Source: Octopus bimaculoides
Taxonomy: Eukaryota
Assembly: GCF_001194135.2 (NCBI RefSeq)
Contig: NC_068982.1
Location: 136,223,456 to 136,263,734, forward strand
Length of the DNA: 40,279 nucleotides
Reading direction: 5' to 3'
Part shown: one piece after another, positions 22,426-34,290 of the stretch
How positions within the stretch are numbered: position 1 is the first letter of the stretch
How the letters are laid out: every line of letters begins with the position of its first letter
Program-made: the position numbers and the translations under genes
Notes under the pieces: generated by a model
The model's database searches: none
What the model saw: only the letters and a program-made list of their open reading frames with translations
Told to the model about the DNA's origin: nothing

Positions 22426-22853
22426 AATGTTAATTGATGTACTTATCGAGGCTTCGATGTGAAATCAGAACCTTATATTAAAAGCGCTAACAAAAATGTA
22501 TTAATTGTGGTGCTACGTATAATTACATCACGACCCGTTTCCTCCCACCAAAACCAATTTAAATGAAATTTCGCTTCTAACATGTGACTGCTGGGCATAG
22601 GAGATTCGTATCTTTGAACTATGGCTGACGTTAATAAAAGTAAATAAACTCATTTACATTCGATGTTTTCCATTGATTTGAAACTATCCCATAGGAGTAG
22701 AGTTAAATTGAATTCTTAATCCTCAAAGTCCATAGCAAAACAAACGACAAAGAGAAAAATGTTATAATTTTTACAAAATTTGCATCAACGGTAGGTATTT
22801 CATCATTAGTTATAAAACCAGTGTAAGAGAAACAAGTTATCGGTTCTCATCAA

Positions 22854-22996
<143 letters not shown>

Positions 22997-23019
22997 CTTG
23001 TATATGAACATATACGTAT

Positions 23020-24065
23020 GCACCTTAGAATCATCATGGCATCTGATGTGATTTTTGAAACTAGGCAATGTTTTGGAAAGACACCCACATAAAATGCATA
23101 TGCGATTTCGAACACCAAGGGCTGCAGTTAAGTTCTGATCTTTGTGGATCTTAAAATATCTTTTGAAGTCTCCGTTAGATTTGCAAAACTTTTGGCATAC
23201 ATTGCATTGAAAGGTGTGCACAGACACAGAGGTAGAATAGTTGGTGGATGTTCGTTTTCCATGGGTTCGCAAACGAGCTTTGAGACCAGCGAAACGAAAG
23301 CATGGTTTGTCACAAACTCTCTCTTGAATCATTTATGCTTTATCCTGGCCGCTTCAAACGGTTTTAATCCATTCCACACTTTTGTTCGGCATCCAGCTCG
23401 ATACAATCCAAGAGTTCCTATGTTCTCTGGATCCATTCCAAGTGACTTCATGGTAGTCCTTATGCCGCCCTTAAACCATTTTTTTTAGGTATTCACCGAA
23501 AACTTTTCCCATCTGCAAGCTCACCATAAAACAGCTGTTGGGGTGTGCGTTCGAACAATATGGCCACATCATTTCATTTGGTTTTCAAAATCATTGCTTT
23601 AACTGAGGTGATGCAAGGACATCTGTGTTTGGAATAAAAGAATTCCATTTAATGTTGGAAGCATTTTTGGCGGAATTGACCTAACAATTTCAAATGTCCT
23701 TCATAACATGTCCATGTTTCACAAGAATACAACAGCGATGGTAAAACAAATTATTTTTAAAGAGCCAATCTTGTATTGTTATCTATATTTCCTTGGCGCC
23801 AAACGGGTGACTCCAAACCATCAAATGTTTGTGCTGCCCTTTGAATTTGCAGATATATTTCTGTGTCCAAATTTCCATCATTTTGTGCAGAGCTTCCAAG
23901 GTAAATACAAGAATCAACAACTTCAAGTAGCTTACACTTAACAAAACTTTTAGCGGGTTGCAAGCACCACCACATGGAAGTTAATACATTATAAATGTTT
24001 TATTCAAGTTGATGGTCAAGGCAAAATCCTCAGAAGCCGAGTCACACGATAATCAATAATATCAG
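23020..24065 (-). pseudogene. RTE (BovB-like) LINE, 3' half: post-YADD RT, C-terminus and three C2H2-like fingers
   Basis: SASEDFALTINLNKT, LEVVDSCIYLGS...GNLDTEI, VLPSLLYSCETWTCY, IPNTDVL, PQQLFYGELADGK, then three fingers with x12-HxxxH spacing (one fully intact). Multiple frameshifts and stops. Confidence 0.9.
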
Positions 24066-24069
24066 TGCA

Positions 24070-25800
24070 AGAAATACCTCGGATCCACGCACATGATGAA
24101 AGGCTATTCATAGGAACATTTTGAGAAAATAAAATGGTAATGGTCTGCTTTTGCTGTTGGTGCTATGCGTGGTGCATCAGCGCGCTTTCTCATAGTTTCT
24201 TTATACAACTGAGCTTCTAGGTTAGGGTCACCTATCAATTCTCACAGTCTAAAAGTTGACATCATATATTCTTCACGATCAACTTTCTAGCTTTCTAGAA
24301 ATCATCAACTATTACTGTGATTCATACAATGATGCTCCTTGAATATTGTCCTGATCATCTAATTCACAAGATGTTACTGCTCTCTGATATAGATAATACT
24401 TATTTCTGATAGAAATTGGCAAATGATGGCTCCGTAGGAGAAGGCTTTTGACACAAAGGCAGTTATTCATGCAATGGCTACATCAACATGTATCAGGTGC
24501 CGTGCAGTTTACATGAGATACGATACAGTTATTTTAACAAATTCTGGCCACTATTAACCTTCATAGAGTAAGTAAAACACACCAACTCAAATTCGAACAC
24601 TGAAATATTCTCCATACAAATCCAGAACACCTCAAGTTTGATTCGATGAGAATGTGTTAGAGGTTTAGACTTTCATGAAAGAAAACAATGCTGTTATTCA
24701 TACCTGAATCTGTAAAAGAGACAAAAACACTTCCTAAGACTCAGTGACATAGAATGGAAATTCGAAATACAAATTAGGTAAATCTTTTTTCTCAGTCAAT
24801 AAAGAGGAAAAGAAAACTTGGCGTAAAGCCAAAGCCGATTACTTGTAAATGTTTGTTGACAAACATCACCACAGTGGCTTCTATGTATCTGTTGAAATAG
24901 TATATGCTCTAAGGACAAATGCAATGGCTTCTGTCCAATACAGAACAAAAATCGGCCAGAGATAAGAAGAAAATGTTTATATTATTTTCGAGACAGCGAA
25001 ACCCTCGGCGAGTTAGAACAGATTAACCTACAAAAATTTGACAATGTTGCCAATAGCAACCGAAGTTACAAAATCTTATATCAATTTAGGCAGAATAACG
25101 CAGAGGTCTCAGAAAATCTGTGTTAAATTGATTAAATATGGCGCTTGCAAACTCACCGGAGAAATGACAACGCTATCATAAAAGGTCACCAACATCATTG
25201 TGTCGCACAAAAAAATGACAGACGTCAAAATGCAAAACCTATGATAGCACATCAATCGTATCCACTGCTCATCATTATCAATCTACCCAATCCACTAATC
25301 ATCATTGAACAGAGCCAGCTGAATCTTAGTTTCACTTTCGATTTGGAAAATGGTACGAATACGATCTTTATGAGACAGTTACAAATGAAATTTCTAGAAC
25401 AGAACATACAACTTTTTATTACTTATATCGACATCACAAGAGAGTCTCCATTTAAAAAAGAAAGACTGCGATACTAAAGATGGATGTATTTGCTCGGGTG
25501 GCTGGGAAAATTCGCTGGTACCTGAAAGAACAAGTTTTACCCTGCGGAAACAGAGGGGTAGAAGGGGTGAACTGGATATTTTTTGTTACACGCTCTTTTT
25601 CTAATTTATATCAGTACCACACTTGAAGAAAGCATCAGGACGTTAGGCTGATTATGTATAATATATCAGAAGACTGAAAGTCCTCTGTACGGTTTGAAGA
25701 GAAAAATGAAAGCTCGACAAGCACGCCAAATACAAGAGACGAACCGACAAAAACTGGTCTGCCCCACCGAAAATCCTACAGGCATTACCATCCAACATCA
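24070..25800 (+). pseudogene. RTE (BovB-like) LINE, upstream part on the opposite strand: APE C-terminus, linker and RT motifs up to the YADD region
   Basis: Plus-strand translation gives MLLEYCPDHL...NTYF (APE), Q.*FDENVLEV (QDWFDEN), TWRKAKADYL*MFVDK...FYVSVEIVYA, IGQR*EEN, ATEVTKS...LIKYGA, EQSQ...IFMRQLQMKFLEQNIQLFITYIDIT (ESQ.GFR..IF..RQLQEKC.EQN..L...FVDL) and GV..G..L...LF.IYI. Confidence 0.7.
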
Positions 25801-27749
25801 CAATCAATATCAGATTGTAATTGTTGGAGAGAGAGGAGTGATTTAGCACCCGTCTACTACTCATTACAGTTAAATAGACTTATCAAGCCCTATGCCAACA
25901 AAGAATACCTATGGTACTTTTCTCGATTAAGCGATACACGATGGCTGAAATAATTAATTCTGAAATTATTTTTCTTCGTTACTTCATATCTCACATTTTA
26001 AACTCCAGTTTCGTTTGCTTTTACAGATATTCAACGAGGCACAAATTTTTCTTCGGTGTTTCGAATGATAGAAGGAGGAAGGGAATATTTGTGCAAATAG
26101 GACAGATCCGATACCACAGGGGATTTTTGTTCAAAAGCACCAGTTGATCAGTTTTATGGTTGATATTAATATCTTCCGTCAACTTATAAAACCTTAAAAA
26201 CACATGCATAAACACTCACAAACACACACACACACAAATGTACCATGGGCTTCCATACAATTTTCATATATGAAGTTATATCACAAGACTGTTTAACTTG
26301 GAGCTATGGTAAAATGAAAATAAACCTTCCAAACTATTGTATACTGAGATCGATCTCTCAAATTTGATCGCTGTAAATAAAATTTATAACCACTCAGCCA
26401 AGATGTCACACAGATTTCTCTAATAATTCCAATCACCTTCACACAAGCATGAAAGTTTCTCAAGACAAACGTTTCACAATTAATTTCTCATCAGCTAAAA
26501 TAATCATGATGTTACATAGAAGCTCTAAGTTAATATTTCATGTATGAATCATTGAGTCTCCTAATTACATTGCAGCAAATAATTTCTCTTCTAATATGCA
26601 TTACAATATATAATTTCTCTCTCCTTTGCACCAATCTACCAATTATCGGAAACGCAACATTGATATTAAGCCAAAATAAACACACTATAAGATAAATTCA
26701 GGATGTTATGCACAGTTACTATGCTTTAGGGATTTCAGAATGATTAAATTTGACCTTATAGAGAAAGACATTTAGTCTTGTGTGCTACCTACTTCACACG
26801 TATCGGTGTTTTAGTAATTGAATTTAAGACAGAAATATAATAGCTGTTTTGTTATTTGTTCCCAAGGAGGAATTGAGAGGTGACATTGCGTAAATATTTA
26901 TGAAACTGGTGAGGATTTTTACGACGAATATCAGCTTGGCCTACAGTATGTAGGCTCAAAATGAAAAAAGGATGTCTGAATTGGTGGGGCAGCCACTTCC
27001 CTTCTCAACATGAGGTCTCTGGAGAAATACTGAACTGATTTGTGCTCAAAACGCAAAAATGTTTCCCTCAAAATTTAAACCAGGACGTAGTATCTGCACA
27101 AATCTTGATGAATGCTCTCACCTACCTACTAGCAAATGTATCTCATGATGTTGAGATGTAGTAACAGTACCTCATAAGTATAGTTATGCTCTTTAAGGAG
27201 CTTTTGGAAAAGCTGTCAAGAACTAAAGAAAATCATTGCTCTCATTCCTCACACACTCCCTCGTTATAGTCACCAGACAAAAAAAGCATGATTCTCGTGC
27301 GATCTTCTTACGTGAATATGATGTGTTTGTGTCCCATTTCAACTGGAATTCCCCCTAACGCAACAAACTACCCCAATGATTACTGGAAAACCAAGGTGTA
27401 AAGAATCTACGATAAAAAGCACACTTCATGGAGGAAGCATGTGATTCGGTCGGAGGCGAATTCTGTTCCAGTAACGAATGTTTCGGTAGACCACTCACCG
27501 ATAAGATGACTATATATCTGGAAGTGGATCATCTTCTATAAGCGGGATCTGAACTAATTATTCATAAGACAGCCTAATGTTATGATGCACTAGTCTGTAG
27601 TATTCTTTTAACTTTTATAAATTGACCAGAAACGCAACAAAGCCATCTTTAGCAACATCATAAATATCAAGTGTTTTCTTTAGCCAGTTGTGATAGATGT
27701 CTACAAAAATTCTATGGAGCAATAAAATAGGGCAGACGATTGAAACTTA

Positions 27750-27990
27750 GCGATTTTCTGCCCGTATAGCAATACACTAGCGGCCGCTAAATTAACCAGT
27801 AGCATCGTATTTCCCCAATCTTCACCACCTCCTCATGAGAGACAAAATAATCCCTTGAGGTAATCATTTAAAGTCCACCGTCAACAAAGAGAGTTCAAGG
27901 TGTTGCTGAAAAGATCCATTCAAACACCCCAGCCATTGGGTCTTTTCAGGTGCTGGATCATTGATTTGTGGCTAAGCTGTGCCTCTGTCA
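27750..27990 (-). mobile_element. Possible decayed mariner transposase C-terminal fragment
   Basis: Across frames: IQHLKR.NGWGV, LNDYLKG..F.SHEEVV and GI..L.RRW...GKY, resembling LGWEVL / L...L.G..F.S.EEV / GI..L..RW. No intact YSPDL motif. Confidence 0.35.
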
Positions 27991-28031
27991 ATAGGTATAA
28001 TCGAACTGCTTTTATTCTATTTCGGCATAAA

Positions 28032-28222
28032 AGCGGTGAGCTGGCAGAAACGTTAGCATGCCGGGCGAAATACTTTATGTTCTGACTTCAAATTCTGCCA
28101 CGATCGACTTTGATTTCATCCTTTCGGGATCGATAAATTAAGTACCAGTTGCATACTGGGGTTGATCCAATCGACTGGCCCCTTCCGCCAAAAATTTTGG
28201 GCCTTGTGCCTAGAGTAGAAAA
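28032..28222 (+). mobile_element. SINE family B with about 18-bp imperfect TSD
   Basis: GCGGTGAGCTGGCAGAAACGTTAGCATGCCGGGCGAAAT...GGGCCTTGTGCCTAGAGTAGAA. Flanks are TATTCTATTTCGGCATAA (28013-28030) and TATTCTATTTTTGGCATAA (28223-28241). Confidence 0.9.
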
Positions 28223-29116
28223 TATTCTATTTTTGGCATAAGAAATGGTACCTAAATTCGGATAATATTGGCATTGATTCGGAGAATGCAACTAATGGTT
28301 TTATAATTACCCGTTCAACAACTATCTAACCAAGTCCTTAACTCGGCCTAAGCTGTCCCCAAAGCGGAATTGAACAGCAATCTTCTATTAATTGGGGTTC
28401 AGTCTACCTTTCTTATATAAGCAATGTGAGTAACTAAGAATTCAAAACTTCGGACCCTTCATACTATCCTTATCCAATGACCTAGCAAAATAAAAATGCT
28501 TTTTGAATGATCAGATGCGATTTTCGCAAGCTCACATGCGCACATGCGAGAAAACATAGATAAGCCTGCACGATAGCTGAAACTACTAAATTAAATTTTG
28601 GGGACTTTTACATCCTTTCTATGGATTACATTCCTTAGAATCTTAACAAGCGTCTAAGAAGTCATTCGCCATACATTAAAACTAATGAGCTGTATATTCC
28701 TAAGAAACAACTTAAAGAAGTTGATAAGGGTATGAACTCTTTTCAAGTCTTTCAAACACATCCACTACATAATATATCTTTCGGCATCGCCACCGGGTCT
28801 CGAGAAGTCTATTGGCTCTAATTTTCCAATGAATTGTCGTGGGCCATATTGATGAGTGAGTTGGCTGATATTCAAATACGTCCAGTATGTGAGGACAACT
28901 GGTAACCATTTAACCACAAATCAACGATAGAATGGTGCTCAGTAAGTGCAGCGGTATTTCAGAAGGTTTTGCTTACTGGCAGCTCAAAAAAGGTGGTGTA
29001 TGTAAAAGATATGTGATGAAGATTGATATTTACTCATTAATCTCATGAAAGTCACTTAAACTGCAAGCATTTATTGAGTTAGAAAGAAAATAATAATGGT
29101 TTCTTGTTTGATTTAA

Positions 29117-29317
29117 ACACAAGGCCAGCGATTTCGAGGTAAGTGAGAGTAATGGATAATATCGATTTCAGTATTACACTGTTATTGTCTTTTATTGACT
29201 CTAAAGAAATAAATCACTATGTTGACCCTGACAGAATTTCAATCCAGAACGCGAAGAAGCGGAGCAAATATTTTAAAGCATATTTTCCGACATTCTAACG
29301 TTTCTGGCAGTTCGCCG
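29117..29317 (-). mobile_element. SINE family B (decayed)
   Basis: ACACAAGGCCAGCGATTTCG...GTTGACCCTGACAGAATTTCAATCCAGAACG...CTAACGTTTCTGGCAGTTCGCCG. Confidence 0.75.
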
Positions 29318-29532
29318 AGGAAATGATAATACTATATAAAACATCAATGAACTGAAATAAAATACAACTATAAGCAAAACAAGATTCGTCAGGGCCACAA
29401 CATCTTATATACAGAGCTATTACACTGTTTACTATATTCGTTTACAACAATGTTGGGGAAGATAATGTTTCGTCTGTTCTTATGGGCCTTTCATTAACAG
29501 TAAATAACGTATCATTATTACTTATTCTAATG

Positions 29533-29748
29533 AGGTGCCGAGCTGGCAGAATCGTTAGTATGCCGAGCGAAATGCTTAGCCGCATTTCGCGCATCGCTTC
29601 ATTCTGAGTTCAAATTCCGCCGAGATCAGCTTTTCCTTTCATCCATTCGAGGTCGACAAATTAAGTACCACTTAAGTACTGGGGTCGATGTGATCGACTT
29701 CCCCCTCTTCACAAAATCCAAGCCGTATGCATATAGTAGGAATGATTA
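29533..29748 (+). mobile_element. SINE family B, well preserved
   Basis: GGTGCCGAGCTGGCAGAATCGTTAG...TTCTGAGTTCAAATTCCGCCGAG...TACTGGGGTCGATGTGATCGACT. Confidence 0.9.
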
Positions 29749-30668
29749 NNNNNNNNNNCCAAGCCGTATGCATATAGTAGGATTGATTATTATTATTAAT
29801 GGAAAGTCCCCCCCCCCCGCTTGCTAGAAATAGTACATTGGACATTGAAAGAAAAAAGGGTTTGAAAATGTGCGGGATTGTCTTTGACCACAGATCAGAG
29901 ATACTAAGCTGAACCCTGGGCTAAGAGATGACAATTACGCAGGCAAAAGTTAACGTTAGTAGAAATCTCTTCAATTATTTTTCTTCCCGACATGAAGCTT
30001 GTGTGCTAAGACATAAAGTAATAAATTAATAAATCATTTATATGTCTGGCATTGTAAATTTATAAAGCAGCATATGCTATTGGGGCGATAAATTAATAAA
30101 TTATAACGACCATACATCATATATGATACAAAGATAATATCATAATCACATTTGTCTGATAGACATCTAAATCATATTAGTAATAGCTCAATTGATTTAT
30201 TATTAGTACATAGTTAACCTCACTTTCTATAAATGGAACAGACAGGAATATATGTGTGCGTACGCGTATGAGAGTATGTGCATGTCTATGAGTGTGTATG
30301 AATGTATGTATGTGTGCGCACGAGGAATATATATCTGTGGAGTATGTGTGCGTATATGTGTCTTTGTATGTCAATGTGTATATAAAAGCCATTAAGTTCT
30401 CGGTACTGCAGCTGCACACACGGATACTTTGGACACCATCTAGAGAACGGGTACCACACCAGATTTGGGGCAGGGGTGAAGGAGATCGGTCCACATTTAA
30501 TGGGTTGAAAATCAAATTTCTTCAGTGGGTGGACGAGTCAACGGCCAACTGGCCATATGTATTTCTGTATGTATGTGTATGCATGCATCTATATATGTAT
30601 GTGTGTATGTATGTATGCGTATGTATACATGTACGTATGTATGCATGTATGCATGTATGTATATATAT

Positions 30669-30789
30669 ATATAAGGATTTCGTAATGAGATAAAAAAAAA
30701 CCAAGGGTGTGTGTAATATAGAACATTTAAATGCTCTATATTATACACAGCCTTGTTTTTTTTTTTATCTCATTACAAAATCCTTATAT
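30669..30789. repeat. 121-bp near-perfect palindrome centred on CATTT|AAATG
   Basis: ATATAAGGATTTCGTAATGAGATAAAAAAAAACCAAGGGTGTGTGTAATATAGAACATTT pairs with AAATGCTCTATATTATACACAGCCTTG(T)nATCTCATTACAAAATCCTTATAT, with about 5 differences. Confidence 0.92.
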
Positions 30790-30930
30790 TCACACGCTGA
30801 TATATGACCTACGTTGGACTCCTTATTTACATAATCACCGAACCTGGAGCTTAACTATGGTCTATCCACAGCACTTACTCAGCATTCCCTGAAACCTCTT
30901 AGTCTAATTGATACCACTTTCGTTCATAAC
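30729..30930 (+). repeat. About 200-bp dispersed repeat unit, paralogous to 32996-33202
   Basis: GCTGATATATGACCTACGTTGGACTCCT, CTGGAGCTTAACTAT and AGCACTTACTCAGCATT are identical in both copies. Confidence 0.9.
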
Positions 30931-32272
30931 CTACACATATACANNNNNNNNNNNNNNNNNNNNNNNNNNNNNNNNNNNNNNNNNNNNNNNNNNNNNNNNN
31001 NNNNNNNNNNNNNNNNNNNNNNNNNNNNNNNNNNNNNNNNNNNNNNNNNNNNNNNNNNNNNNNNNNNNNNNNNNNNNNNNNNNNNNNNNNNNNNNNNNNN
31101 NNNNNNNNNNNNNNNNNNNNNNNNNNNNNNNNNNNNNNNNNNNNNNNNNNNNNNNNNNNNNNNNNNNNNNNNNNNNNNNNNNNNNNNNNNNNNNNNATGT
31201 ATGCATGTATGTATATATATATATAAATGTAAAGCTTTTATATGCATGTATTTTTGCCTCGACTGTTTGCGTTGGTGATTCTGCAGGACAAGCATTAAAA
31301 ACTATCAAACGGCGGATGAACTTCATATTCGTCAACCATCGTCCAACATTTGGGACGCCTCTACATTCTGCTTAGTATCTCAATAACAGAGGTGTAAATC
31401 TCGTGTAACGCGAGAGACTTCTTTTGCATTCACTGATGTAAATAGCTTTCTTTGGAGAAATGCATGTTTATAAAGTGCAATGTTTCCCTCATTTTTACAG
31501 TTACAGGTACATACATCGATTGAATTTTACATCTCTAGTTTGTGTTGCCTACTAAGGTAGTACACTCAATGAAAATTTCTTTGATAAATTGAATGCATGT
31601 GCCAGCGTAGGCGATAATCTTTCTGAACGCCAGCAGCAAAAGACTTCCATCGAAGTCATATCTGTGCAAAAGTTTCCACGTCCAGCACGACAACAGAATC
31701 TGCTTTGAGAGATCTATGAAGTGATGCCATTGCTCAAAGTCGGGTTGCAACCATCATAAGTACGAAAATAAGTGCGTGTGTCTATGTTGTATGTATGTAT
31801 GCATGTATGTATGCATTATCTATGTATGTATGCACATTTTGTACAAGTATGAATATGTATGCATTTGCATTCGCATATAAATTTACGCATAGCGGTAGAG
31901 TCTTTCGAGCGTTGGAGGAAATACTTTCCGTATATGTTCCAAATCTATGTTGTCACTAAATTCAGTAGCAGTCCATTATAGGCTTCGTTTCGTCACCGTA
32001 TGTCACTTTCAATCGCTTTCCTATTCTCGCCCTTTGTCTCTGGAAGAAATCAACTTTGAAAATTTCCGGACGGAAATGGGGTCCACCAGGTTATAAATAT
32101 CAGAGATATTCCCTATATCAGGACTCCACCACGAAGACATCGCCAAAATTACAGCGCTTTCGCGCTAGATTTGACGATTTTTTTTATTTCTCGTTTCTTT
32201 CGGGAACAACTTCATGTATTGGTAAATAGTCATTGGTGTCGGGAAGTATAACAATCGGGAAAAGTAGCTGAC

Positions 32273-32909
32273 ATGGAGGAGTAGAAGCTATCGGAATATT
32301 GGAAAAGAATTACCTCTATCACGATGATCCAAGCCGGATATCAAAATGGTGACATCATGACTACAGCTCAGTGCGCTGTCGACATCCTAAAGGCTGTAAG
32401 ACGTGACATGGTGACTACAAATCTGTCGCAGACAGAAGGAAACACAGCAAGCGTTCTTACTGTGTCCGTATGCTTGAATTCATCCAGCAACTGCAGGACA
32501 ACATGATGGAAGATCTGTTGGCGAGAGACATAGGTGTCTGAGTCGCTACCTTTCATACAAGATCCATAAGGGACATATTCTGAAAACAAAGGCCAAAAAG
32601 AACTTGCCGAAAGCAAAGAAGCTCCTGCGAAAGTTCAGTGCTCGTGTTGAGCTGGGTATAATCTGGTTTTTCTCAGAGGAAAAGAACTTCCAGCTCCATA
32701 ACACTCAGAGAATCAGGGGACGTGACTAGACGGTTATATGTGTGGCATCAGATGTGGGGTGCGATTGTGAAAAACACAAAACTCTCTGTCTGGTGGCCAA
32801 AATGAAGGATATGTCCGAAGACTATCCCAGGAACACAACGTCGAATGCATGCGCCAGGTTCTGGAGTTATGAGGCCGTAGTGGAAGCTGAGAGCAGCTAC
32901 TTTGAATAA
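32273..32909 (+). pseudogene. Internally deleted DD37D/maT-like (Tc1/mariner) transposase
   Basis: MEE*KLSEYWKR...MIQAGYQNGDIMT, KAKKLLRKF...ELGIIWFFSEEKNF..HNTQ (FFSDEKNF), then a jump to ACARFWSYEAVVEAESSYFE* (AC.RF..RLEAVVEAEG.YFE). The DDD core is mostly absent. Confidence 0.82.
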
Positions 32910-32941
32910 ACTGTTACCTACCAGCCATCAACTATATACAT

Positions 32942-33200
32942 CCGATGAAGAGATATATAAATTATCCCAGAAACAACTGTAAGACCTTCTATTTATAAAT
33001 GTTCTGAAATCTTTCACAACCTTAGATTTTTTATCTCATTTTGTTATTTTTTTTTATATATACACATGCTGATATATGACCTACGTTGGACTCCTCATTC
33101 ACGTAATCACTGAAACTGGAGCTTAACTATAGTCTGTCCATAGCACTTACTCAGCATTACTTGACACCTTTGGATCTTATGGACACCATTACCTCTCATA

Positions 33201-33202
<2 letters not shown>
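32942..33202 (+). mobile_element. Penelope-terminus-like unit: hammerhead-like motif (32942-32985) followed by the about 200-bp repeat
   Basis: CCGATGA-A-GAGAT...ATCCC-A-GAAAC-AACT-GT-A shares CCGATGA...CCCAGAAACA-CTGT with 4234-4295. The downstream part is paralogous to 30729-30930. Confidence 0.55.
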
Positions 33203-33275
<73 letters not shown>

Positions 33276-33402
33276 CATATTCATTGAAAACAGATATAAT
33301 CAGATAGGCAGATACTAGACAAGCAGAGACAGACATGTAGTTAGTCAAACAGACACGTAGATGAATGTACAGATAAATCGGTCGATCAATCGATAGACAG
33401 AC

Positions 33403-33460
<58 letters not shown>
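33203..33460. repeat. (CT)n(AT)n and (GATA)n microsatellites
   Basis: Direct inspection. Confidence 0.93.
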
Positions 33461-33971
33461 CAAACCAATCGTTTTAAATTATGAATTTTTACTCCATAGA
33501 ATATTGTTTTTAATACTTATTGCACGGTCAAGTTAAATACATTTACATTATGTTGCATAACTAACAATTCGCAAGATTACGGAAGGAACTAACTTAGAAG
33601 TTATCTTGCTTCTTTCAGGTCAGGAAGTACGTTACATCAAGTAACTGAAGATAAACAGTTTAATATCTAAACAGTTGAAATAAAGCATTGGGTAGATTTC
33701 TATCGATCATTCGCTACAGGAATCATTAGAAATTGCCATACTCTCCCATTTTCTTCACCAAGTTCATGAGCTTTCCTGTTCTTACGATCTATCTGATTAA
33801 ATGCTAACTTGAACTCAATTTGATGATTCTTTAAATATTTCTTAGCAATCTGTAAATAGTGCAATCCACAAATTCATAAACCTAGATGAATTTCATGCGG
33901 TACATTTATTTACAATCGCAAGATATACACAGAAATACAGGAGAAATGGTTGTGTTCTTTTATTCTTTTAC

Positions 33972-34290
33972 ATGTTTCAGTCATTTGACAGCAGCCCCAC
34001 TGGAGCACCGCCTTTAGTCCAGAAAATCGACCCCAGGACTTATTCTTCGTAAGCCTAGTACTTATTCTATCAGTTTTTCTTTGCTGGGGGGGGGGTCACA
34101 GACACAAATACACACACACACACATACACACACATATACGACAGGCTTCTTTCAGTTTCTGTCAACCAAATCCACTCACAAGGCTTTTGTCGGCCAGAGG
34201 CTATAGTAAAAGACACTTGCAGTGGGACTGAACCCGGAACCATGTGGCTGGAGGAGGCAAGCTACTTACCACATAGCCACTCAGGCGCCT
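33972..34290 (-). mobile_element. SINE family A with internal deletions
   Basis: Reverse complement aligns with 6784-7150 (AGTGGCTATGTGGTAAGTAGCTTG, GGTTCCGGGTTCAGTCCCACTG, CCTGGGGTCGATTT, TCAAATGACTGAAACA). Confidence 0.88.

Noticed and set aside
24400-24530. Cys-rich minus-strand reading resembling a CXC domain
   Set aside because: It contains a stop and is better explained as the antisense of the RTE endonuclease region read on +.
28655-28830. Short open frames (LNKRLRSHSPYIKTNEL...; minus-strand WLPVVLTYW...)
   Set aside because: No recognisable domain or supported splice sites.
29718-29789. 31-bp tandem duplication CCAAGCCGTATGCATATAGTAGGA-TGATTA
   Set aside because: The copies sit on either side of a 10-N gap; most likely unmerged contig overlap.
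32960-32981. ...CTG|TA as right TIR and TSD of the maT element
   Set aside because: No matching left TIR was found; the segment fits the hammerhead-like motif shared with 4234-4295.
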